Shown here: in pieces, positions 12,605-26,109 of the stretch
How the letters are laid out: every line of letters begins with the position of its first letter
How positions within the stretch are numbered: position 1 is the first letter of the stretch
The notes under the pieces: generated by a model
Database searches by the model: none
The model's input: only the letters and a program-made list of their open reading frames with translations
What the model was told of the DNA's origin: nothing
Made by a program: the position numbers and the translations under genes
Assembly: GCA_000697335.1 (NCBI GenBank)
Contig: JNEM01013540.1
Coordinates: forward strand, 1 to 33,882
DNA from: Conidiobolus incongruus B7586
Lineage: Eukaryota
Direction of reading: 5' to 3'
Length of the DNA: 33,882 bases

Positions 12605-13282
12605 ATGAATGCTGAATATCTTACCATTAATCAGCTCGACACCATTACTAACTCAACTCGTCCAGAGTGGTATGCAAATGGATCGAATGCCGAATACATG
12701 GTTGATAATCCTTCTATCCAATATTTAGACACGCTAAACTTGCATACTAATCTTTCTCCGCTCCCCCTCCTTCCTTATACCCATCAAATTTCCCCACAAA
12801 TCGATATATCTCCCGATCAATATGGATACTTTTTGACATCAAGCCCTACTGAGGCAGAGTTTCCCACTTATGCTTTACACTCATATCCATATAGTCAACT
12901 GAATTCACTATCAGGCTCTTCAGATATTGTAGAACCCATTATCCTTAAAAGCAATACCAATGAAGATATTTCTCAATTATTCCAAGATGACCATATTACT
13001 CCTACCAGAACGAAAACGAAAACAAAGAAAGTTCAAGCCCAGAACAAAGAGGGCAACGAATTGAAATATAAACGTAACTTGGAAAGGAATCGAGAGTCAA
13101 CTAGAAGATGCCGCCAAAGGCAGCAGATGAAATTACAAGAGTTATTGAGCAGAGTCCAGTTTCTAACTAATGAAAACACCCAATTGCAAGAGGAAGCGAT
13201 CTCTTTGAAAGAGCAAATTGTTGACATCAAATTAATTTTATTTAATATTCATCAGCATAATTCTCAAATTCACTCTAATTAA
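12605..13282 (+). CDS. bZIP transcription factor, divergent ATF/CREB-like, 225 aa, intronless
   Basis: Single ORF. Basic region RNLERNRESTRRCRQRQ followed by zipper LQELLSRVQFLTNENTQLQEEAISLKEQIVDIKLIL. The C-terminus resembles that of the 6579-7478 protein. Confidence 0.9.
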   Translation: MNAEYLTINQLDTITNSTRPEWYANGSNAEYMVDNPSIQYLDTLNLHTNLSPLPLLPYTHQISPQIDISPDQYGYFLTSSPTEAEFPTYALHSYPYSQLNSLSGSSDIVEPIILKSNTNEDISQLFQDDHITPTRTKTKTKKVQAQNKEGNELKYKRNLERNRESTRRCRQRQQMKLQELLSRVQFLTNENTQLQEEAISLKEQIVDIKLILFNIHQHNSQIHSN

Positions 13283-16200
13283 TTTATTTCCATCATATTT
13301 CATCAATTAAATAAACACAAATCATAATTCGCTTTATTCAATATAAAAGCAATTTTGTTTTATTAATTTAATTATCAAATAATTTAATTTAAATAATAAA
13401 ATATTTTATCTTTAATTTGATTTGCTTATTATTTTATAAAATTATTATTTACTTCCAATAATATTTAAAATTAAAGCTCAGCTTTGAAGTTAATTTGAAT
13501 ATTTGTTTTTTTAGATCATTGCAATTATTTAAAAATTAATATCAAATTAGCATTTATTAAGGGATATATAAAATATGAGTGAGTGGTAGTTATTTTTATC
13601 AAGTGATATTTTTATAAATAGTTATGGTGTATTTATTAACACTTAAACATTGGTGTTAATTAGTAATTTTATTATATACATAGTCAACACTATTAAGAGC
13701 ATTGAAATATCAGTTTTAGAAGATGATTAAATAATAGATTTGAAATGATATTTATAAGATCCATTTCAAAAATATTTAATTACTGAGTGAAATAAATAAA
13801 AAATGCAAGCTTTGATAATACATTGATTCCACTTTTAATGTCAATTCGAAGCAAAAATCTTCTTTTCATCAATTTTTAATGTAAATCCGAGTTACTAGGT
13901 TTTGTAGAAATTATTCTTTATTAACTGGTATAATTTCAATTGCAAATTTTATACAAAAGGTAATTTTCATTCAAAATAAAAATTATTTTCTACAACAAAA
14001 TAGGTAAATATGATTTCCTTTCTTGTTCATCATCTTTAACCATTGTCACTTCATCATTAATATATTATTCAATTAATAGTATTTTTAAAACAATACTTTA
14101 ATAATGAAGGGATCAATGGATAAAATGAACTTTCTATATTTAGTAGATATATCACCAGAGTTTCAAATTAGGATAATAATTTTTGTTTTGTTTTATCATA
14201 TAAATTAAATAGAAATCACGAAATATATTTCTTATAAATTCATGTGTATATTTTAAATAAAAATCTATTAATATCTAAATATCAATTTAAAGTATTTTTT
14301 ATAGATAAAAATATGAATAAAATTTTAAATAATTATATTATAATGGGTAAAATATATATATCAAATTCTAGAATATTATTTAATCCACTAAAAATATAAT
14401 TTTGAACCTCAATAATCAAAAGTCAATGTTAATTATTCTTATTAGATCATTATTTTCACTAAAACTAAAATAGGATAATTTTCATTTAAGTATAATATTA
14501 TATTATTCATAAATCATTATTAAAAATGTTAATATTTGTAATCCCAACTATCACATCATATTTTCATATATATTGATAATAGATTTAAAGTGTTATCTAC
14601 TATACCTATAATGCAATTAATCTTAGCTTTGAAATATTTTCAACGATCATTATTTGTTAATTAAAAAATTCAAGATTGATATCAGTAGATATATAATGGT
14701 GAAAATACTAAAAAATGGCTGAATATTTAGGGAGGTGGAAATTTTATTGATTCACACAATTTGATTGGAAATTGATTGAATTTTTTTATAGAGCATTCAT
14801 TAATTTAATGAATTATCAAATATTTATTCAATCTTAAGCTAATATAAATATTCATTTTATCCAATCCTAATTCCAAATATATCCAATTTTTTGGTTTTAA
14901 ATTATACAAGTAAACTAACATTAGATATATCAATAATAATATCTATTATATGATAAATTCAAGGAAAATAAACACTATTTTAAATTATTTTATTAAAGTT
15001 ATCTATTGCTTAGATAATCTATCAACACGTCATTGTGTTTGGTCATAATGAATTAGAATAATCTTATTTTTTTTCTTATAATTAATAATAACTTGCTTGA
15101 ATTTCCTATTTATAATATTTTTTTCAAAATTTAACAATTATATTATAATAAAGTTTATTTTTATTCAATAACGCTATCTTGATATTTGTCATCATACTTC
15201 ATTTATTAAAGATGATTTCATTTTCATGTCATAAAATGTAATTATTTTGAATAAGCTGAAAATAAATAAGGTAATATCAAACAAGTTAATTTGCCAAAAC
15301 TTGTAATCCTTTATTTGAACAATTTTTTTTTAAATAAATTGACTTCCTTTGTCCTAATACTATTATAAAATATATTTTAAGTTTATTACAAACTTGTCAA
15401 AGTTTGAAAATAGTGAATAGTGGAATATAATATTCTCTTAATATAGAAAGGAAATTACTTGATGATCTTGGTATCAATTTTAAGGAAATATAAGTACAAT
15501 TCAGCTAAGAGATGACTATGATGAAATGAGAAGTTGATTTTGAAGTCTAATTACTATTCAATTTTATATGATTATTGATTGATTGGGATATAATTCTTGT
15601 TTATTAAATACTTTGAAGTATGTTTTATTTAATAAATTAATTCAAATACATAATTTAATCCTTTGTAACTCAAATGTTACTGATTTGATGAATATACAAT
15701 TCAACAACTGATACAACATATTGAAATTAAGATATAATGATTCAATATTAGCCCTTTGTTAGTTTTAACATCAATATTGCAATAAATTTTTATGTTATAT
15801 ATATATATTTAATAGTATGTATTAATCATATCCTCCATAAACCCATCAGCCTCAAAAAATAGCATTTGATCATAATATTATATAATTGATTTTTGACATT
15901 TTCCCATTTAAATCATCACAAATTTTTTAATTACATTTGTTAGAATTTGATACTTTTTATATCATCAGGAAATTGAAAGCATCATATAAATTGTATATTA
16001 TTTATAAAAAACACCATCTTTCAAATGTCATATTATAACTTAATTATTCGGATGTTATATAGAATTTGAGACCAAAAAATGTCAATTATTTTAAAAAATA
16101 TCTTCAATAATATAAGCCCATATATACAATAAAAAGAATTAATCTAGTTATGAAAAACGCTCCATTGCCTGGATATTTAGTAAGATCTGTTTCTTACAAT

Positions 16201-17243
16201 ATAAGATATATCTAGCGGTTTTGATCATAACCTAGATTGTAAAGCTGTAAAAATCAAATATAAGGTCCCAAGAATTTATAATAATAATTAATAATATTTT
16301 AAACATTAAAATAATATTGATAAAAATATGAATACTGTTGACTTTATTAATATAATATTCTCATTTTTCTAAATTTTATTTTATTTTATTTTATATAGCA
16401 TTATAATATTTGTGATTTAATAATGAAAAATACTCAGAATATGATATAAACTATGTTTGGAAATTTTAACCTAATAATTTGATGTTTAAATTCAGCATTT
16501 TCTAGTTAAAACTTTATAATATATGAAATTAAAATCAAATAATTCAAATTGATTAAATAGGTGATTGAGGATCAAAATGATATAATTTAATAAAGTGAAT
16601 CAGAATAAGTCATATCCAAATTATTATGATACTGTAACTTAATTTCATCAAAAAAAATGAATTTAATATAACTTAAAATAAAGAAAAGCACTTTATATTA
16701 CAAGAATAAAATAATTTTGAATTAATAGAATAGCATCATTCAACAATTAAACATAGAAAACAATATTAAATTTAATAGTATTTGATATATATAGTCTTAA
16801 CTGTCAAGGAAATAATAGAAACAAAGTAGTTAAGGAAAATAGTTAAATTTTAAAGAAAAAAAGAGAGAATTTTTTTTATTAATTTAAAATAATTTACATG
16901 TTTACAAAATTAGGGGTATAAATGAACATAAATATTTATTTGTAGTCGAATAATAAAAATATAAAATATAGCAACAGCTTGGATACCTAGTCTCTCATCA
17001 ATAATCATTTATTATATCAAATATTTAATTTAATTTAATTACAACATACTTTACTATAAGTAATATCAATTTATTAATATATTTTATAATTTTCTAGTAT
17101 AAAAAATTATTTAATTTTTTTGAAATGAAAATTTTAAGGTTTATTCCCCTATTAGTTAATTTAGTTGATGTCAATTTAGTGTATTTTTTATGATCAAAGT
17201 ATAAATACTAATATTATATAATTCAATCTAATCTTCATATTTT

Positions 17244-17247
<4 letters not shown>

Positions 17248-17282
<35 letters not shown>
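17248..17282. repeat. (TA)n microsatellite
   Basis: Longest pure TA run in the window. Confidence 0.9.
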
Positions 17283-17285
<3 letters not shown>

Positions 17286-17519
17286 AAATTATTTATTCTT
17301 ATTTAATATTTAAATAGTATAAATTTATCAAAAAAGCAGATATGTATTAGAGAAAGTATTTTAAATTAGACCAGGGTTAGAATTTAAATTTGATTATTAA
17401 ATATAAATCATATTCGCTTATAATATAATAATTAATTAAAATTGTAACTTAATTTATAAAGGTAAATAATAAATATTTTTGAGAAAAATTAAATTAAAAA
17501 TATTTATATATTGTTTTCA

Positions 17520-17940
17520 CTAATCATTATATTTTGGATGTATAATTCCATCTTCTGCTATGAATGTTTTGACTACATTTATATCAGCATAACTAACAGA
17601 TGATTTCAAAAGGAAATTAAGAACAATATATTTATCATATCTAAAACTTATATTTTCATTTGTATTATACATTATTACTTTGATTGTATTTTCAATTATA
17701 AAGATATTATCAAGATTTAATATGTAATTATTAAAATCACATATAGATCCAATAGATTCTGTATGGTATTTGATAATCATTTCATTGAATAAATACTTTG
17801 AAGAAAAGATCTTTCTTAGTAATCAACTTAATACTTAACAATACAACTTTATTTATTTTAAGAAATCCATTCATAAGAGGATAGTTTTCATCTACATCTT
17901 CGGTAATTAACAATATTCTGAATTCTTGTTCTTGAATCAT
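17520..17940 (-). CDS. Possible small hypothetical protein (about 128 aa, 2 exons) divergent from NOG1
   Basis: Exon 17940-17845 (MIQEQEFRILLITEDVDENYPLMNGFLKINKV) joins in frame to 17810-17520 (IFSSKYLFNEMIIKYHTE...HPKYND*) across GTATTG...TACTAAGAAAG. The intron is only 34 nt and no domain was recognised. Confidence 0.35.
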
Positions 17941-18218
17941 GTTTGCAAAAATTTTCTCTTACATATTTCTTTTCTATAATAAAATCAATTAATACATATT
18001 TTTTTTATTGAAACAGATTATGGGATCAGTTCTAAATTACTAAAATTGAGTGTGTTGAATCTTGATTAATGAATTTAATTGGTGAATAAATTTGATAAAA
18101 ATTTTTATTTATAGTTCAAAATTATAATCTGACTATTCTTATTACTTTATTAATTCATTGGATTAAGTAAAGGAATCTTTATAATACAAAATAGATTACT
18201 TCCTTATCCAAAGAAAAA

Positions 18219-20424
18219 ATGGCTTCAATTTATAATTTCAAGAAAATTGCTGTTGTACCCACTTCCAATGACTTTTTAGACATTGTTCTTTCTAAAACCC
18301 AGAGGAAGACCCCTACTGTGATTCATAAAAACTATGCTATTTCTAGAATTCGTAATTTTTATATGAGAAAAGTCAAATTCACCCAAGACAGTTTCGAAGA
18401 AAAGCTAAATGGTATCCTTGAAGAATTCCCTGTTTTGGATGTAATTATTCTATTTATATTTGTTATGATCACTTTTCATATTAACACCTTTTTGGTCAAT
18501 AGAGTATTCATCCTTTCTATGCAGATCTTATGAATGTTTTATACGATAAAGACCACTACAAATTGGCTCTTGGTCAAATCAATACTGCCAAACACATGAT
18601 CAATTCTGTTGCTAAGGATTATGTCAAATTATTGAAATTTGGTGATTCTTTATATCGTTGTAAACAACTTAAAAGGGCTGCTCTCGGAAGGTAATTTATA
18701 TTCTTTATTTTAACCCTCACGTATATTTATTATTGTATAGAATGGCCACCATTATGAAGCGCCAAAAGGATAGTTTAGTCTACTTGGAACAAGTTCGCCA
18801 GCATTTAGCTCGTCTTCCTTCTATTGATCCCAATACTCGTACTTTACTTGTGTGTGGTTATCCCAACGTCGGAAAATCCAGTTTCCTCAACAAGATCACT
18901 AGAGCTGATGTTGATGTTCAACCCTATGCTTTTACCACTAAATCCTTATTTGTTGGTCATATGGACTACAAATATTTGCGCTGGCAGGTAAGCTTAATTT
19001 TTTTTATCACTAATTTTCATGAACTCTAACAATTATTATATAGGTGATTGATACTCCAGGTATTTTAGATCATCCTTTAGAAGAACGTAATACTATTGAA
19101 ATGCAAAGTATTACTGCCTTAGCTCACTTGAGAGCTTGTATTATGTTTTTCATGGATTTATCAGAACAGTGTGGTTATACTATTGCCGAACAATGCCGTC
19201 TTTATCACAGCATCAAGCCTCTCTTTGCTAACAAAGTCACTCTTCTTGTTGTCAACAAGATCGATGTTGTTCGTCCTGAAAATTTGAATCCTTCTGACCA
19301 AGCCTTGCTTAAGGAAATTATTGAAGGTGATAATGTTGAACTTGTTCAGCTCAGTTGTTATACCGATGAAGGTGTTATGGATGTCAGAAATAGAGCCTGT
19401 GATAAACTCTTGGCTTCACGCGTTGAACAAAAAATGCAATCCAACAAGATCAGTGATGTTCTCAACAAATTGCATCTTGCTCAACCTCAGCTTAGAGACA
19501 ATACTGATCGTCCTGCCTACATTCCTGAAGGTGCTCTCAACCGCATGAAATATGATATCAACGATCCCAACCGTCCTAAACTCGAACGTGATATCGAACT
19601 TGAAAACGGAGGCGCTGGTGTCTACAACGTCGATCTCAAGAAGAAATACTTGCTTGCCAATGATGAATGGAAATACGATCATATTCCTGAAATCATGGAT
19701 GGCAAGAATATTGCTGACTTTGTTGATCCTGATATTGAAGAGCAATTAGAAGCCTTAGAGCGTGAAGAAGAAAGATTAATTGAAGAAGGTTTCTATGACT
19801 CAGATGGCAATATGACTGATCCTGAAGACGAAGCCATCCGCACTGCTGCCACTGAAATTCGTAAGAAGAAACAACTTATCATCAATGCCAGCCGTGACGC
19901 CAAAGGCAAGAATAGATCTACTCTTATTAAGAAGATCAGAGCTCAGGTATGCTATCAATTTCTTTCATTTATTTTCTCAGCTAATCATGATACCCTATTT
20001 AGCTCTCTACCAAGAATGATCTCAAAGAACATATGGCTTCTCTTGACTTGGATCCCTCTTTGGCTTTACAAAATAGCGTCAAATCCAAGAAACGTGGAAG
20101 ATCACTTGCCAACAAGCGTGGTGAAGATGATATGGATATTGATGATGACAACGCTCCTCGTACTGTATCTAGAGCTCCTACAAGAGACAGAAGTATGCTT
20201 GGTGTCAGAGATGTTACGGTAATGCTTCATATGATAATCAATATAGATTTTCAGCTAATACTTTATTATAGCAAAAAATGGAATCTGTTATTCAAGGACG
20301 CAAGAGCCGCCGTCGTGCCAATCTTATGGCTAGGGCTGGTGAAGCTGACAGAACTATTCTTACCAAGATGCCCAAGCATTTATTCTCCGGAAAGAGAAAG
20401 GCAGGCTCTACCGATCGTCGTTAA
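18219..20424 (+). CDS. NOG1: Nucleolar GTP-binding protein 1 (Obg-family GTPase, 60S biogenesis), 642 aa
   Basis: Exons 18219-18440, 18503-18690, 18741-18987, 19044-19946, 20003-20218, 20272-20424; all introns GT-AG and the frame stays open. Motifs: YNFKKI...[17 protein letters not shown]1 GYPNVGKS, G2 YAFTTKS, G3 DTPG, G4 NKID, NOGCT-like [19 protein letters not shown]-terminal [17 protein letters not shown]. Confidence 0.97.
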
Positions 20425-21508
20425 TTTCCTTTTTTTTAATATTATATTATACTATGTTATTAGATACTAAAATACGAAAGTTCATAGATGTTTATTAAGT
20501 TATTTCCATTTTCACTAATAAATATATAATAAAACTAATTTTATCTTTTATATCAATAATATAAACATATTACATTAACATTTTCATTTATATATTATTA
20601 CAAATTAGACAATATTTACCTAATTTGACAAATCATTAATAAATCCAATATTGAATATAAAAAATTTCTTGAATGAATAAATGTTTTTAAACATATATAA
20701 ACTATATGTCAGATACTTAGATTATCTATGTATAGATAATCAGATTGAAATGAATAAGCTAAAATATACCTGGTATATATATATATTATATAAATTTATT
20801 ATAATATATATACATTGATAGAATTAAAACTGTTTACTATTTTGGAACTTAAGGTTAAAGGAATATTTAATTATCAAAATTGAGAAAATTATTAATTGTA
20901 AAAAAAAATTATTGACATAAATTTAATAAAGGTTATGAGTGTAACACTATTTCAATCATTATTAACTTATTAACTAATATAATTTAATAATCATGTGATA
21001 ATTCAAAGTGTTAACTACTAGTCATAAAATATTAATATTCAAAAAAAATTTAATATATATAGATATAACAAATTAAAATATTTTTTTTTAATTTTTACAT
21101 AACTGATAATTCAAAATATTTCTAATTTTTAAGAGATATTTTAATTAATCTCATCTAAATTATATTACAATAAAATTTATTAATTACTATTAATAAAACC
21201 TAATTATAAAGATGATATATATATGTGTGTGTATATGAGTCCAATATTTATCAGATAGCATTGAATTTTGAAAATTATAGTCAATGAGTTTATATTAAAT
21301 AACATTAGATTTGATGAATTAAATATTTTTGCTTATCAACCAGATTACAACAATTAGAAATAGAGTAATCAAATACAATAATCATATCTTTTTATCATGT
21401 GAAGTTATTTTTGACTAAAAAATTTTGAACTTTTAAAAACATTATAATTCATTATATTTTACATTCGGCTTTAATTTAAATCAACATTATTTATAAATAT
21501 TGATTTTA

Positions 21509-21595
21509 TTCACCAGAATTGCTTTTGCAAACCAACTTGAGAATAAATATTTTTTAAAGCTAACTTATAAGTATAATTGGTTCACCAGAATTGCT
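21509..21595. repeat. 15-bp exact direct repeat TTCACCAGAATTGCT
   Basis: Copies at 21509-21523 and 21581-21595. Confidence 0.85.
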
Positions 21596-21867
21596 AGACT
21601 GATAACAGTTAAAATTTAAATTATTTAATTTGAAGGAAGTGATAGTATCAATTTAAATTTTTTTTCAACTATATTGATATAATAATTGATATTGAATATT
21701 TTGAATTGAATGATTGAGTTAAAAAGTATTAAAGTTATAGTGCAATTCTATTATATGAAGCATTAATATCGATTTTATAATGAATTGATAAATATAATAA
21801 TCGATATAATTTATTAATAAAAATATACAATCTATATTGGTGAAAACTTAATGAGTCAGTGATTAAC

Positions 21868-24290
21868 TCATTTATTTGAGAAAACTTGATGGGCCAATAT
21901 CGAGTGACAGGTATTTTGATCGGCATCCAAATTATAGCAGATATAGACAGCATCAGTTCTATATTAAAAATTAGTCATATATTGTAAGTAAAGAGAATTA
22001 ATAATTTACGTATAAAGAACAATATTAACTAAAAACTTCATGACTATAAATGAACTACTTGTTCCAATAATACCAGTTGTTAAGGCATGCGGTGATTTCA
22101 ATATGTCAACTGAAAATGAGAAAAAGGAATATCCTGATAACAAACAATATACAATAATCGCCGAATATAAAGTGATACGAATTGTATAATTTGCAATTGC
22201 TGTTCGAGCCATATTTCTTCTGAATAGAGAGGAGGCACTTTTTGCTGATTGTAAAAATGATTTACCTGATATTCCAACATAGCTAATGGTGAAAAAGCTG
22301 ATCTTTTCCACTAAATCACTTAGTAACACAATTGGCCACATTATCCATCTCAAAACAGTAGTAATAAAGTTGGCACTCTAATAAAAGAATATCATAAATT
22401 AGGATTATACTTAAATATATATATATACTAAGAATTGAATACCCGTGGTATTTGGTCATTTAATTGTCTTAAAAATTGTATCAAACGTACAACACTAGCA
22501 ATCAATCCGCCAAAGCATATACTTCCAAATGATGTAGTCAAAGATCGTTTGAAAGATACATGGGTTGCATTGAATCCATTAATAAACTGGGTTTCCTCCC
22601 TATAAGATGTTAATCAATTTGATGAATTTGATGAAATCAAAAATAAATGCTTACTGATGAAAGTACCAATGTGAAACAGTACCCGCGATTACTGACCTAA
22701 ATATGATCGTTAAAATACATAAATCAAAATGTTTTTATTAAATCACCTTTCAATACCGTCAATTATACACGTTGTCCACCAATAATAAAACAAATAAAAT
22801 GGAACCAAATAAATTAATTTTGCATCTTGGATCCAATTCTCTAGATGAAAATGATATAAATGATGAAATGTCAAAATATTCAAAAATAACTACCATTTCC
22901 TTCAATTATAGTAGAAGATCCTAATAAAAATAATCTATCAAATAAGATCAACCAACAAGAGCTGAACAATATTTGAATTGATAAGCAAAATAATGATACG
23001 CCAAAAATGTCTAAACTTTGTCTTAAAATAATACAGGAAACCTATTTAAATGGTTAGATTAAATAAAAATTAACTTGATATTCTATTACTTTAATTATAT
23101 CAATACAATGATTAATTAGAGTGTGATATTGATGAATAAATAAACAGTGACCACCAGTAATTATTAGAGGAACGATTGATAATAATTTAGACCTAAAATA
23201 ATATTATTTAATATAAAGTACATTGATGTCGATATTGTCATTATGTTTACTGATTAGAAGCTATCATAGAGTTATCAATTCCAAATATCCCATTAAATAG
23301 CATCCATAAAAACATAACAAATGATATTACAGGAACGGAAAGAAAAGTAAACCACATAAATGGCTAAATGAGATAGTGATTAATAATATAATATATATAT
23401 ATATTGACATTATACATCTTACTTTGATAAAGTTACATAGAAAAAAGATCCAAAGTAAACCTATAAAACTCGATATACAAATAGTTCCAATTACAGGGCC
23501 TGAATATATTAATTAAAATATGTAAATAACATATTATATTATGAAGTACCTATGCTATATTTAATTGCATAATATGTGGTACTTGAAAACACTCCGTCCA
23601 AAATATTTCTCTATAAATTAAGATTAATATCAATACAAATAAAACATTAAATAACATACTTCACTGGTACTAAACATGATTGAAGAACTTATTATTATAA
23701 AAAGAAGAGAAGTGAAAATGTAAGCTAAGGCAAATGGCACGTCTTTATACTTTTGCGATTTAATAAGATTAGAACCGGATATTATAGAATGACCTGAATC
23801 CTGTAAAATAATTACTAAAAAGTATTATAATAAAAGTAAGAAGATTTACTTTAAATTCTGGAATTAAAGCCTCTTCTAAATTTCTTCTGGAATCGAGTAT
23901 ATTTAAAGAGTTTAATTTTGGTTGAATGTTCTCCATATAAATAGATCCAGGATCCTAAAAGATATTATTAGTATGGATATACAAATTAATTATAATTCAA
24001 AATACTTCTAACAGAGGGGATGCAGCTCTTAAAACCAGTTGAACTTTGGGATTATTAGATAACTGTTGTAAGGAAGGATTGTCTGTATTATCGTGGGAGT
24101 AGTTCATTTTAACATTGTTATTAAGGTGAGGAGAATTAGTATTGTTTTGATTAAAATTAATGGAGGTAGGTGCTTGATTATAATCGATAGAAGTAATATC
24201 ATCAGTCTCTTCTTCAGATTCGGTTACAGTATTAAGTAGAGAGGCACTTTGAACATCTTTGAGTTCAGACTTAGATATAGATTTGAACAT
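21868..24290 (-). CDS. Choline transporter-like membrane protein (CTL/SLC44, Pns1/Ctl1 family), 594 aa, 13 exons
   Basis: Exons 24290-24006, 23954-23850, 23800-23660, 23610-23550, 23499-23423, 23363-23251, 23192-23090, 23041-22894, 22840-22747, 22696-22655, 22599-22443, 22377-22010, 21958-21868; they sum to 1785 nt with an open frame. Family motifs: YKDVPFALAY, IAGTVSHWYF, RSLTTSFGSICFGGLI, YVGISGKSFLQSAK, TDAVYICY. Multiple hydrophobic segments. Confidence 0.9.
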
Positions 24291-26109
24291 TTTGTTTCAA
24301 GTTAAAGAGGTTGATAACAAAATTTATAATTAAATTAAAATAAATTGAATTGAACCCTTGTAACATCAATGAGACTTTGAATTAATCAAAATAAAAATTG
24401 AATTTTAACTAGACTTACTGTTTATAAATTCTATCAAAAACTATTTTAAATAATTTATTTTTTGTAAAATTGAATGGATATTTCTTGATATTTAAGATCA
24501 CCAAATAATTTATTATATCTTCAAATTTAAAGTATAATTTAATTTTCCATTGACTCCTAAACAATAATATGTAGTAGAATTACATTCAAATAGATTAGGC
24601 TGTATATTGGAATACATAGAATATATTTATTTCTCACAATAAGCCATAGTATTCTGTTTGTAAATTTTCAGATACAAGCTATTCATAATTTCATAATATG
24701 AAAATTAAATCGTAATAGTATTCGTAATATTTTTAAGCCAAGTTGAGATATATTATATTACTATAATGAAATTTACATTAAATGATATTTATCCTAATCA
24801 TGTTATTATAATACAGCTACTAGTTCTAACTTGAAGATTATGTGGAACTTAGAAAAAGAAAGTTTTGTTAGCAAAATTGTTGTATTTAAAAATGAATGAT
24901 ATTGATTTCTCAATGTAAAGATAAAATTGCTCAATACATTAATTAATTGCTAGGTGGAAAATTAGGATTTATTAAATCTTTGGAACTTGATATATATTTG
25001 ATATTTTGATTCATAAACCAAGATTATTAGTTTTAATATTTCGTGATTATAAAATTGCAAATAATAATTGAAATAACGTTTGGATTATTTGTCTTGTGAT
25101 ATGAAATGATATATGAAGAATATAGTTTAATAAGACAAAAAAGTATTATGATACATTTATAGTTACAATCATATTCAATAACAATTCTTCAATTAGGTTT
25201 GTTAATACAATGTTTAATATATAAAATGCTTTCCAAAATCATTATTTAATAATTATTCAAACATTAAATTAAAAGATTGAGTAAAAATCTATAAACTACA
25301 ACAATAAATGATATTTATTAAAACCTCGTATATATCAGTATTTCAATAAATATAATTTAATAAAAAATTTACATACCCAAAATTCAATCCAAATATGATT
25401 AGATTTTCAAATATTTAGAAATTACCCTTAAATAGAATATTGTTTAGGATTCAAGTAATATAATAGATTATTAGTAAATTAATCAAATATATAATATACT
25501 TGAAATATAATTTTTTTATTGCTTATAACATGGATTGAATAGTTTAATATTCGAATTTTCCATCAAATTCAAAATTGCTGATTATCAGAAATACTTAGTT
25601 TATCATACGAAACTGATTGTACCAATCATATAATATAATAGAAATATGACTGATGATGGTTTAATTGGTTCCAATAGTAAACTCAAATGCCTTAAATCAA
25701 AAATACAGTATTATATCGTCATTTGAAGGTTCCATTTTGAAAATTATTTTTATAATATAGAATAGATTTTAAGAGATAATTAATTAATATTTTTTACTAT
25801 TTCAAACTTAACCCAATTAATGCATAGTAAAGAATATCTGAATATTAACCAGATAGTGAATAGATGTTGAATAAAAGTGATGAAATTATGATTGCATAAG
25901 TAACCAATTGAGAACTTAAATTTGTATCGGTGGTTAGAAAATTCAATGTGGAAAAACCATAATCAAAGATTCAAAAAAAATCAATTAATTTAATGATGAG
26001 TATTCGTAATGGATAATAAACTGTCGTCACAAATCATTTTTAATCATTAAAAGTTGTACACTATTGAATATTCTAATATTTATATTTCTGTAATCATTGT
26101 TTATTGCTA

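Noticed and set aside
18093..18106. RRPE-like AAAAATTTTT upstream of NOG1
   Set aside because: Plausible for a ribosome-biogenesis gene, but such A/T tracts are frequent throughout this window and no PAC motif accompanies it.
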